Origin: Basidiobolus meristosporus CBS 931.73
Lineage: Eukaryota > Fungi > Basidiobolomycota
Direction: 5' to 3'
NCBI GenBank assembly: GCA_002104905.1
Contig: MCFE01000541.1
Span: 1-60,427, forward strand
DNA length: 60,427 bases
Part shown: piece by piece, positions 36,607 to 48,960 of the stretch
Numbering within the stretch: position 1 is the first letter of the stretch
How the letters are laid out: each line of letters begins with the position of its first letter
Program-made: the position numbers and the translations under genes
Notes under the pieces: generated by a model
The model's database searches: none
What the model saw: only the letters and a program-made list of their open reading frames with translations
What the model was told of the DNA's origin: nothing

Positions 36607-39600
36607 GTTACCATGAAGAATAAGTACCCCATACCTTGGATTGATAAGCTTTTGGACCAACTCAATAGAGCCATTATACTCAGCAAGATTGACCTTGGGT
36701 CAAGGTACAACCAGATTAGGGTGAAGCCAAAAGACATCCATAAAACAGCATTCAGGACCAGATATGGACATTACAAGTACTTATTCATGAGTCTAGGTCC
36801 CACCAATGCCCCTGCAACATCCATGACCCTGATGCAGACTGTCTTCCAGGAGTACTTAGACATGTTTGTCATAATCTACCCAGATGATATATTGATATAC
36901 AGCAAGACAGAAGAGGATTGCTTGGTGCACATTGAAAGGGTCTTGAAGAAGCTAAGAGAGAACAAGCTATATGGCAAGCTGCCCAAGTGCAAATTCTTCA
37001 AGGAACATGTTCAGCATCTGGGACACATAGTGACCAGCACAGGAGTAACCTTAGACCCTAAGAAGGTTGAAGTTATCAAGAATCTGAAGCAGCCCCATAG
37101 CATATCAGTGCTCAGATTATTCCTTTGACTGGTTTTCCTATTATTGGAGATTTGTCAAGTCTTTTGCAAGTATTGCAGCCTCTTTAACTATTATCCTCAA
37201 GAAATACAATACCTACAAGTGGGACATAGCTTGCAAGACTGCCTTTAATATGCTCAAGAATGACCTTGCTGAGCTGCCAAGCTTAAGAATACCTGACTTC
37301 AGAAAAGAGTTTACTCTGTGCACAGATGCTTCAGATTATGCAATTGGTGGAGTGTTGAGCCAAGAACACAAGGGAAAGGACTATACAGTTGCCTTTGAAT
37401 CAATGCAGGAGATATTTGCTATAATACATTGCTTGAAGACATGGAGATGCCATATTGAAGGAGTCAAATGCACTGTGAAGACTGATCATGCCTCCCTCAA
37501 GTATATATTGACTCAAAAGGTACTCTCTAGAAAAATGACAAGATGGAGTGAATACATTCAGCAATTTAACTTGCAAATTGTCTACTGCCATAGGAAAAAC
37601 AACACACCTGCTCATGCTTTATCAAGATTAGAACAAGTTGCACAACTCAACTTGGTACCTGAATCAGATTGGCCTAGACTATTACCAAAGTACTTGGAGA
37701 CCAATCTATTGCCAATGAGGTGGATGAAAATATCAAGAAGATAATCCAGGATGAAGCCAGCAAATTTGTAGTACAGGATGAAACACTCTACCAAATTGTT
37801 GATGGAAGCCCTATTGCCTAATGCCCTTATGTTTCTTGCCTGTATTTAATACATATGCTACACAATAGATGTGGACATCTTGGAATTGAAGGAACCTATT
37901 ACCTTGTGAAATCCAGAGCATGGTGACCCAGAATGAAACATGACATTGAAAAGCTAGTGAAAACATGCCCAAATTGTCAAATCAACCAAGGTCAACCACC
38001 AAGAGCTGCTGAACTTTCCCCTTGGAGCCTGTAAGCCATTTAAGAGATAGGGAATAGACTTTATTGGAAGACTAACAACTGCCAGGAAATGCAACCATTT
38101 GATCCTTGTAGCAATTGACCATGCCACCAAATGGCCAGTTGCTAAAGGTGTACCTATAGCCTGTGAACAAGAAGTTGTAAGTTTTATCTACCATGTGATC
38201 CTTATGAAGTTTGGATGCCCTGTAGAGATTCTCTCCAATAGAGGTGCAAACTTTATGGCAAAGATATTGGAAGCTTACCTGGATATGCAGCAGATCAAAC
38301 ACTTGAAAACCTTAGCATATCACCCCAGAACTAATAGGGTCACTGAACAGTTTAATGGATTAGTTGGAAATATGATGACCAAGTATGCAAATGGAGTTGT
38401 CAGTAGATGGGATGAGTATACAGACCAAGCACTCTTTGCATGCAGGCTTGGAAAACACAACACCACCCAACAATTGACATTTTACTTGGTGTATGGATGT
38501 GAACCAAGAATTCCAGGAGATTTCACACACAAGCTTACATGCCCTATTGCTTATTGCACTTATGTTGCTTGCCTGGACTTAATACACAAGGTACACAATC
38601 AGTATGGACATCTTGGATTAAACAAACCTATAGCCTTGCAAAAGCCAGAGCATAGTGGCCCAGAACAAACTAAGATATTGAGAAGATAGTGAGAACATGC
38701 CTAAACTGGCAAATCAACCAAGGCCAACCACACAAAATTGCTGAACTCTTTCCCCTGGAGCCTGTGACGCCATTTGAGAGATGTGAATTGACTTTATTGG
38801 AAGACAGCCAACAACCAGGAGATGCAACAAACAGATCATAGAAGCATTTGACCATGCCACTTAATGGCCAGTGGCTAAAGCTGTACCTATAGCCAGTGAA
38901 CAAGAAGTTGCAAGTTTCATCTACCATGAGATCCTTATGAAGTTTGGATGCCCTGTAGAGAGTGTATTCAATAGAGAAGCAAACTCAATGGCTAAGACAT
39001 TAGAAGCTCATCTGAAAATGCAGCAGATCAAACACCTGATAACCTTGGCATATTTCCATAGGACTAATGGAGTCACTGAGCAGTTCAATGCATGATTTGG
39101 GGAAAAGCTGACCAGGTACATATATAGAGCTGTTGGCAGATTGGATGAGTATATAGATCAAGCCCTCTTTGCATGCAAAATCAGAAAAAACAACACCAAC
39201 CAACAATTGCCATTTTACTCAGTGTATGGATGTGAGCCAAGAATCCCAGGAGATCTCAACCAACTAAAACTTACAAACACTTTACAAAATGAGCTTAGGC
39301 AGCCTGGTAGACACTAGCTACTAATACAAAGATGTCAAGAGGCTCAGGCCAAAATGTTTCAAAGTGCAGAAAAGATGAAGCAGAGATTTAATGATACTAT
39401 ATCACTAGGAGCATTGATAGTAAGGAACTTTGTACTGCTAGAAACAATGCGTGGGAGAAGTTTGAGCCACAATGGATGGAGCCTGTCAAGCTCATCAGAA
39501 AATGTCCATATGCAACTTACCAATTAGTGAACACACAAGGTAATATCTGGCAAGATTTAGTTTATAGAGGCAGGCTCAAGCTTGCAAGACTTGCTGACAA

Positions 39601-40599
39601 TACGGAACCATCAATATATTGGTTTTACAGGAAAATAGATTTAGGAGATCCCTCTCAACTTTAGTAGAGGAGAATGGTATGATATACTGCTTGAATGTTT
39701 AAGTTAGTTCAGTTTTTAGTCAAATCAGTTAGCTTTAAGCTAAGCTTATCAGTATATCAGTATTATCTAGCAAATCAGTAGTATTAGTCTGCGGATGAAT
39801 CAGCAGATTCTTATCAGACACATATAGATGAATCCAGTAGGATCTAACTGGGTAATGATGATGCAATCAAATGAGTCATCAGCCACAGCCTATATCAGGA
39901 AGTAAAATTAGTCTGCATTTCATCTGGAGCAATGCATATGAGGAGCTGCTGGAATCTCTGTAAAAGTCAGTTAAAAGAGTTGGCTTATTGTACCGTGCCA
40001 GGATGCGCGGTGTAATCCACAGTTGTAAAGAACAATTGGGCGCAATATTATAGCTACCTGTAGGCAGGATTGTTCCTGGACAGTTTTGCACTATGTGGGA
40101 CAATCTTGCACACTATGGCACAATCTGACACAATGAGGTTGGCACTGATAATTGCACCAACTCCTAATGTTTGCATCATGTGCGCAATTGGATACCGCTA
40201 TTATGGCAGGTAAAATCTGGTATTTGAATTTGTTTCTTTAATATAAATGGAAATAAATGTGTACCACACTATAAACTACACTGATACTTATCTTTTTGGT
40301 TACCATCACTCCAATTGGATGGTATCTCAGTGGTTAATTAGTCCAAAAGTATCCTGAAGCTGGCAGCCCCCAATTGGCTCATTGACCACTAAATAAGCTA
40401 CCTGATTTGCCATCAAATATCCCATTTTGCCCATTGAGCAAGTAAATCCCTGATCCTAGTGATTGGACAAGGTGTCATAGCTAGCATGCAAGTGATTGGG
40501 TAGGTGCAAGACAGATCCAATAGCTGCACTGGTATTACAGATGATGTATGTATATGCAGGGTGTTTATTTATAGGGGTTCTGTCTCAAATGTGAGATGA

Positions 40600-42900
40600 C
40601 CTTGATATTATTTATATCAAAAATTTCATGATCACTGATTTGCAATGGCTTGATTTAGATTGCAAAAAAAATGGGTTGTCAGGATCATTACAAATAATAG
40701 CAATTTCAGTGCAATTGCATCATCTTCTCCTGGGTTTTTTTCTCACAGGGATTACTACTGAAGCATTTGGTAATGACTCACTTTGCACACCTATACTACT
40801 TCCCGGATGACTATTATCTTGGCTACTTGTGTATTTGTAGTCAATATTTTGCCTCCTAGTTGATGAGTGCAATGCTGCAGCTTGGCCACGCTGAATTGCT
40901 CCAACTGAACCAACTGAACCGGCCTGGAGTGCCACGCACTGATGCATTCTTTTACTTGCCAAGGGCTCTGGTGGTTGAGGCACTTCATGTTGGTCATCAT
41001 CAGTCAGTTCACCAGAAGTAACTTGCTGATGGTTAGGCAAAACGGCACACGCAGGCACGGCTTAACTTGTTGAGATGGCCCTTGGCTGAGTTTGATGTGA
41101 TGCTGCATGTTGACACAACTTGGTCCGCTCCAATGGACTAGTGTCTATATGAGCAGTTTGGCAAGTTCTGGTAGTTTTGCTCTGAAGCACATGCGTTGAC
41201 TCAATGTGGAGTGTTCTGGTGAAGGGTGTTGGTGTTGTGGTAGGGTAAACATACCTCCCACAGACAAGTTTATTCATATAATCATTATGATATATTTATC
41301 CATATTTTATCTTATCAGTATTATCCCATGCTTCTTTTGCCTATATTATCAGTATTATCCCCAAATGATGTTGACCCTGATTAGTTATTAGAATTAATTA
41401 TCCCAGATGTTATTCAGCTTTGTGATTAGTATATGTATTGACATAAGGCAAGTACCCGCGTCAGTACCTGTGACACATGACCTAGATCTGTGTTACCATC
41501 CCCACCATTTCAATACCATATATGGTATTTCTATGTTGCACAGATTTCAGACTACTGATTCCTATTTGGTTGAATGTGCTGTGCCTTTAGAACCTTCAGG
41601 ACATTCTTGGCATATTTTTAGCTCATAGTGATGTCATCAAGAATTCCACTGATACCTAGAATCTTCTAGAACCTGGTCATTAGTAATCACTTGGCAATCA
41701 GGAAAAGTATTTAAGGGAAAGCAATCCCTCATCAATGAATCATCCCTTCTATCAGTAACACTTCTCCCTTATTGTTTAGCAGTTGATCACTGCACCAGCC
41801 TTCAACACTACATCTCAGACCTGCCATTAAGGAGCTTTTTGGGGTAGTGCACATGACACACAGAGGCCTTTGGAGACACTTGGAGCCCCTAGGAAGCTAG
41901 AGAAGCAGGAGCTTTTACCATAGTGACATATTGACCAAGACACCAGCAGTTTAGGCACAGAGGTTATTGCACCCATCAGACACCTCACACACCTTCAGTT
42001 GTGTAGCTTCTCCCAGGAATACCTCTACACCACCATAGCGTAGTCTGGACTGACGTGCGCCGGTGCACTGTGATTGCCAGAGACAGTAAGGAATCCAGCA
42101 AGGTGTGCTGGCGCAATCTGGACAATGTTGCTTGCGGTCTGTATTCTTCCTCCTGAAGCTCACCATCTGAATCCTGGAGGCATTCACTTGCCCTCTGTCT
42201 GATACTTTGGAGCTGTTGCCTGGATGAGTCCTGTGTATATTGCTCTTGGAAGCCACTTTGCTGTACTAATATATCACATAGTACATTAGTCATTTGAGGC
42301 AAAAACTCATTCAAAATCTCTTTGGTTCCCAAAGTTGAGGCACAAACGGATGCGTCCGGCCTGTACTATGCAAATTGCGCGCAAAATTGCTCCCACATGG
42401 CTTCTTCATAAAATCCCCTCACTCTCAGCTCATTTTTGATTTCAATACTTGTCTTGTTATATATCTTCTTACATACATTGGCTGGCATCTTGATGTAGAA
42501 CTCATGCCATAGCTTTCTACTCAAATTCATCCATCTTTATTGATTCTCTGAGGTATCTAGTTCTGCTAGATTAATTGGTAGTGCCCAAGTATCTGTATGA
42601 AGGCTCATCATAGACACTTGGGCCATTCTAAAACATTTAACAAGAACTTGAATGGATCTAACATTAACTTTTCCGGTCTGGACCGTGCTTGTGAGCTGGG
42701 GGATGGGTTTTGTCTTGGTTGTACTAAAGATGAGTTGAGACCTGGTTTGGGGACCATAGCATTGGATTTGGATACTTATACAGCAGTATATTGGCATCAA
42801 CCTGGTCATATATGAAATATGTATGAAAACTAATATGATTGTTGAATATCCCACATATTATGCTTGATGCATCTTGGATTGCATTGACACTGATAAGATC
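40600..42900 (-). pseudogene. PHIS element second ORF, unknown family, interrupted at 41236-42040
   Basis: ORF pieces 42537-42854, 41985-42332, 41062-41277 and 40720-41058 are colinear with 53066-54299 of copy 2. Confidence 0.65.
41236..42040 (-). mobile_element. Gypsy G3 3' end (decayed chromodomain-like region, PPT) and LTR 41236-41760
   Basis: TGT...AACA ends, purine tract AAGGGAGAAG. Homologous to 51985-52643. Confidence 0.6.
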
Positions 42901-43066
42901 ACATCAATTGCAGATTTCCTATTTGATTATAGACCTATGAGTAATGCATCAATAAAAGTACCAAGGCATTGTTTGTGGATGATTTTTGCAACATAATGAT
43001 GGGATACATGGCAATTGATGGAGATTTAAGCATAAAGCATTAAAAATCAGATAAATAACTCAGATT

Positions 43067-43965
43067 GTGCGGAATCAGTTCAAACCGCCTCCATGCAATC
43101 ATCCACCAATTTTAATGACTTACTCATCTGAATGGTCTTTTCTCATCAATCCCATCACTACCACTGGATTTCCTTTTGACACACTAGAGGTGATCTATTC
43201 CAAGTACTGTGGACCATCTACCCCAATCTACTCAAGGAGGTCCCTTGTTAAGCTTCTCTGCTATTACAAGAACTATACCCTACAAGGTTTCATTACACCA
43301 TCCCTGGCAACAAAAGTCCTAGAAGCTTTCAATCCCAGCTGACAGCAATGGAGAACCACCTTGCAGAGTGTATGAATGACTTAGAGCAAGCTTGGAATAC
43401 TAGGTTCAGAAGCTCCAATAGACTTCCATATCCCAGTGTGCTCAGCAACAGGTTCCATATCAGGAGTAGTTTGGGTATCTTCCCGGTGAGGATTAACAGA
43501 CCTTCTAGGGGGCAGAGGCACTTTTATTCTGGCAAGTACAAGGCACACTGTGTGAAGTTTCAGGCACTGTCTGACATTATGGGTAACATCATCTGGTTTA
43601 GTGGGTCATTTGCTGGAAGTAGGCATGACAAAGCACTCTGGGTAGAAAAGCATCCTGAATTCAGTAGAAGGGAGAAATGTATGGCAGACTTAGCCTATAT
43701 AGGAGAGGATTGTCATGGATTAGGATGTATTACAGCTTATAGGAAGCCAATGAATGGTGTGCTTAGCACAGAGCAGAAGCTCTACAATGAGATATTTAAT
43801 CATTTCAGAGTGAGGGTAGAGCACACAATTGGATATCTGAAGAGATTTAGCATATTGGCAGGTAATAGGAATGTCATATATAGGAGAAAACAGCAGTATA
43901 GGTAAAATAGTTAAGATACTTATTAATGCATAGTATGCTCATACAAGAAGAGATCCACTGAGAGA
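43067..43965 (+). pseudogene. DDE_Tnp_4 transposase (~300 aa; stop, frameshift, first catalytic Asp apparently Gly)
   Basis: FPVRINRP..QRHFYSGKYKAHCVKFQ, GSRHD, ADLAYIG and RVRVEHTIGYLKRFSIL. Confidence 0.9.
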
Positions 43966-44247
43966 AATGTGTCTGGAGAATTATGAAGAGTAAATAAAGC
44001 AAGGAAAGCACTATTCTGAGCAACATAAGTAAGATTGAGTAAAACTACCAGCAACTGTATCATACCACTGGCATCATGGTAGAAATTATAGTGCTAGATA
44101 GTGCTGTAGGATGCCAGATTGATCCGGCACTATAAACAGGCTGGCACTATGTGGCACTATCAAATGGAACAAGTCTAAAGTTTTAGTGAATAAAATACTA
44201 GCTATACTCCCTATTCCCCTACAACTTCTATATTAAGATTTGCAACA

Positions 44248-47200
44248 ATATATATAAATAGTGTTTGTGCTTGATCAGTACTGAGTGCAATGTGTTATAG
44301 CTTCACAATATATGTTGGACTGCATAAGCTTCTTGAGATGGGTTCTACAGGGACATATCCAGATTGTTAAAACTTTGTTTTTCCCCTATAGCGGTAGATT
44401 CCTGGCAAGTTGGACACATTGTAATGGTGGCATTTTCTGATGTGAGTGCCATGCAACTGTTAACACATGCTGCTATTGGGATGGTCATTAGGTCATATGT
44501 TGCCAGTTGCACAATAATTGCTTATTTGTACCATATGCATGGTATGTAGCTTCCTGGAATACTTTTGGCAGGTAATGGTGGTAAATCCTCAGAGCCCACA
44601 TTACTGATATTGGTAGCAACACACCACTTCTTTATCCAAAGTAATACACCATTCATTAGTAAGTGAACTACTGGGTTAACTAAGCTCATTAAAGAATAAT
44701 TGGCATTTATTCCACCGGTGTTGTCTTATCAAGCACTTTGGATATTGAGATTTTGCTAGGCTCATGCAGGGTGCTGTTGTAAACAGATATGTGCTAACAA
44801 TCCAGGAGTGAGCTATCTGCTTCAGAGCTATCACTCTACAGGGTATATTCTGAAGCATCAAGTGGCCAGCAAACCATTGTTGGTACAGTATTGAATGATG
44901 AATGCTTGATTATGACTTGTGTGGAAAAGCACTATCAATGATCCTTATGATGCTTCATATGCTGTCTGTGTGCTCATTGGCTGAGAGGCTTGCAACAATT
45001 CCATAGCTGTATGTTCTCTCTGAGGATATATGATGTTCTTAGTGTTAATGTCTGAATAACAATGTGTGTAAGTTATGGAGTGAATCTCCTAAATCCCATG
45101 CATTTGACTGCAATACTGTACATTGTGCCCAGAAAAGCTGGATATCTTGTTGATGGCTAGGGTATCATCAGTTCAGCTGGGAATATGCACTTTGATATGA
45201 GAGCATTTTTGACATATTACACTGGAAAGCATACAGAACTCATCCAGCAATGGATAGAAGCATCCATACAAGCTGGACAGAGATGGAGGCCCATATACCA
45301 GTGAGGCTTCAATAAGACTTCTACTTTTATTCTGTAGATTGGCAGCAGATCCAGGTTGATAAGAATCAGTGGCTAGCAGGATTTGGAGGTATAGCACTTG
45401 TGTAATGAAAATCCATCAAGTACCCAGGCCCCAGTATGGTGTTACATACCTTCAATGTAGCCCTTGCTTTTTAGCTGTTTGTAGTGTTTGCCCTTGAATA
45501 TATTGTAGATATTTGCACCTGATCAGTACTTAGTGCAGTATTTATAGCTTCACAATAGTATCAGACTGCAAAAGCTTCTTTAGATGGGGATGTTACAGTA
45601 TCAGATCTGGTGTGAATAATGCTTTCCTACAATGGCAATAGATACCTAACAAGCTAGATGCCTTTTAATGGTAGCATTTTCTGATGAGAACACCATTCAA
45701 GTGCTCACATATGCTGGTATCAGGATGGTTCCTTGGTCATCTGCTGTTGGCCATATGGCAGATTTCTACTTGTAATATGTACATGGTAAGTTGCATCTAG
45801 GCATGATCTTAGCAAGAAGAAGTGAATCCTCAAAGCCCACATTGTTGATATTATTGAAAACACACAACTTTTCTATCCACAACACCACATCATTCATCAG
45901 TATGTGAATACTGGGCTCATCTGGCACCATTAGCTATTCATAGCATTTTTTCCACTGGTGTTGTCTCATTGCGTATTATGATTTAGCTAGGATCATGCAG
46001 GATACTGTTGTAAGGGGAGATAGGCTCACAATCCATCAGTTGGCCTTCTTTTTAAGCGCCATTACTTTGAGTGTCATACTCAGAAGGCAGGGGTGAGCCA
46101 ATATTCATCACAAACTCACCTAACTCAGTTTGCACAAGGTGACAAGTATGGCTAGATACCTTTATAGAAGCTTCAAGTGGCTGGCAAGAAATTTTTGGTC
46201 CAGTAGGGACTGGTTGATGGTCAACATTACTAGTGTGGCAAAATACTGGCCATGATCCTTGTAATACTTCTTATACTGTCTAAATATGTCATGGCTGAGA
46301 TCCTTGCTACAATAGCTGCATGGTCTTTTTCTCTTCTCTTATGGCATTAAATCAAAGTAGTCAGGTCCAGGGGGCAAACAGCTTGATCTTCAACAATGTA
46401 ATGTCATTATATCACTTTTTTGTTGATACTCATGTGAATTTAAGACAGTCTTCTATTTGCAACATTGCACCTACATGAATATAAGATTCAATGATGACCC
46501 ACCATATTAAGCATAATAAACAAAGTTGTGGCACCATACACACACTTATATGTTACACCATTTTCCCTTTAGTTTGACTCACTTGCATATTTATGCTGTC
46601 AAAAATAAAGCAATGTTGTCTGGTTCCCAACCAAATCCCACTGCTGACAGCAGCAGAAAAATAGTTGGACAACAGCTTGCTTTGACATTCAATGCAACAA
46701 GCTAGCCTACAACCAAAAAAGGCCCTGTGGACAGCATACCCACTGAAGGTAATAATGCGTACTCCTCAGGCTTTCAGTCAAGTAGCCAATTGTGAGTATC
46801 TGTGGAACCACACGCTGACCTTGATGCTGCGGTAGGCAAGAATGTAGAAAAAGCGGTGCCTTTGGTTGTAGACCAGTAAGGGGCTGTTATAACAGCACCA
46901 CCACCTATACTAGCAAGTATGTTGTCAGCTCATACCAAAGCATTAATGAAGCAATTGGGTGCAGTGGCTGATAAGACAGATGCAATGGCCCAGAAAAATC
47001 AGGAAATAGTCCATAAACAGGATCACAGGACAAAAGGTGTAGAGCAATCAATATCACAGGTCAAGAGAGCAGACTCTTGGCTGTAAAGAAGGAACTCCAG
47101 TAGCTCAATGTTGCAGCCAAGAATTGAGCCATTTCCCAATATAATAGCAGAGGAACACCAAACAGTCTTAGAAGCACAACAGCAGTGCCCAATGATAAAG

Positions 47201-48960
47201 CCCACAAAAAAACCTATCACAGCATGGGAGGGAGAGAATGTAGTGTTAATACTAAAGCCTAAAAATCAAAAGACATTGAAGAGCTGTGAAGACATCAAGT
47301 GCAATGACAAAGAGTGGGCTAATATTCATGAATCCATTCAAAGTCTAGCATGCCAACACCTCAAGGCCAGCATATCATGGGGCCATCACAAACTCAAGGC
47401 CAAGCAGAATGTGCTTGACTTGTTCCATGGGCATTATTCTGAATTCACACAAGCAAACCAATTTTGGGCCAGCATTGGTATGCTAAGAAAGCATCTTAAG
47501 AGTAGCAGAAACTATGAAGTCAGAAGAATAAGGGTGCAATGGCTAAGGACCAACAGCTTCTTCAAGAGCCCATTACAAGCAGGGACAAAAGCTCCAAACA
47601 ATCATCAGAGAGACATTAGGTAGCTGGCAGAATGCCAATGAGGGAAAAACAGGCAGACACAGTTGCACCAGAATAATAATTATCAAGGGTAATTGTAATA
47701 AAACTTAAGAAGCACACAGTCAGAGTAGCAGCAAAGGACCTGACAGTGATAAAAACAAGCAGCTACCTCAGGAGCCCACCACAGTATGGGCTGAGATCTT
47801 ACAACAAGCGGAAAAGAAGCATCAGGTTGCCTGCAGAGTGCCAGCAAGGGACAAGCAGGCCAAAACAGATGTGTAAGAGTAGCACTTGTCATGGTGAAAA
47901 TGTAGTTCAATATAAGAAGCACTCTGACAAAGTAGAAGTGAAAGACCTGGTAGTGATAAAGAAAAAGGGAAAGGAAAAAAGTCTACCCAAGCCAGACACC
48001 GGGAATCATGAGAAAAAGGCTGCAGATCCTGCAACTAACACCATAAGCCCTGAACAGAATGAATCCCATCTTGACCAAGAATAATTACCAGCAAGAAAAC
48101 AGGTGCTTTCACAAGAGCAGGAAGTGCAGCCAGTTGTGCCACACTCCAGTAAGGTAGCTGAGTTTGCATAGAAAGACAAGTTGTTTGCCACAGCCTCTAT
48201 GTCCTCAATTATTGTCCCAGCAGGGATCCCACTGACAGACAAAGTAACAATGTCAAGACCCAAAAAGGTTATCACAATGCCTTCAGTGGAATATTAGAGC
48301 TTTAATAGGCACACCAAGAGGTTGCAGCACTTCTTCAAGAGCTGTGCTCAAGAAAATGCACCCAAATGTTGCAGGGATTTATGGCAAAGACTGGCAGATG
48401 AGGTGCTTGATCTTGCAGTGCCAGCTGAAGACCAGTATATGTGGGAACCAGCGAATTAAAAGTGGCATAAAACCATAGGGTTCCCACCAGAGTCATGGAA
48501 ACAGCAAATTACAGCAGAAATACTTCTTGAGTGGTAGATTTTAATGGAACCAACTGTTGAGTGTGGGATTGGGCTTAATGCTAGTGTAGGGTATAGGGAC
48601 TTGCATAAGTTAATTCAATTGGCAATTGAGGTACAACTGAAATTTCAATGGAGCTAAATCAATTTGTACACTTGAAAAGTCAGAGGAATGTTTGAGTCAG
48701 GAAGTAAGAATTGTGAACAAGAGGCAATAGCCAATCTATGCACACAAATGTAGGAGGTAATAGAGTGTCCAGAATCAGAAAGTGTTAAAATTGGCAGAGA
48801 ATTATTTAAAAGCCACTTATGTACGACTATGATAAAAAATGGACTAAATTTTTTGTGAAATCTTGGGTGCAATAATTTTTTGACAGTCTTTGCATTGTGT
48901 CCTAATGTGATCAATACGTCTTAGTCACAGGACTTAGCATTTGTGACAGTCATTTGATGG
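44248..48960. mobile_element. CMC element copy 2: duplicated transposase N-terminus (minus, 44248-46400) and divergent second ORF (plus, ~46900-48900)
   Basis: 44250-44700 and 45480-45920 both match 24680-25110. ORF2 and the right end match 27000-28453. Confidence 0.7.

Larger units (their letters stand above)
39976..44176 (+). mobile_element. DDE_Tnp_4 (PIF/Harbinger-ISL2EU/PHIS) DNA transposon with two divergent ORFs
   Basis: Right TIR ...TGGAACAAGTCT with GGCACTAT subterminal repeats; decayed left TIR AGAGTTGGC. AAA on both flanks. The flanks are the two halves of one G4 LTR. Confidence 0.8.
36607..44247 (+). mobile_element. G4 pol (RT-RNaseH-duplicated integrase) 36607-39663 and 3' LTR 39675-39975/44180-44247, split by the PHIS element
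   Basis: ORFs 36562-37128, 37250-37744 and 38099-38689. Purine tract AGAGGAGAA. LTR halves rejoin across the insertion and end in AACA. Confidence 0.88.

Noticed and set aside
40066-40130. AGGATTGTTCC with GCACTA repeats as the PHIS left TIR
   Set aside because: The repeats are in the wrong orientation. Homology to copy 2 and the LTR flanks place the end at 39976.
43067-43965. Bacterial IS contamination or recent horizontal transfer
   Set aside because: It is embedded in a fungal LTR with matching flanks, has a sibling and a MITE in the window, and is decayed. Any ancient origin needs a phylogeny.
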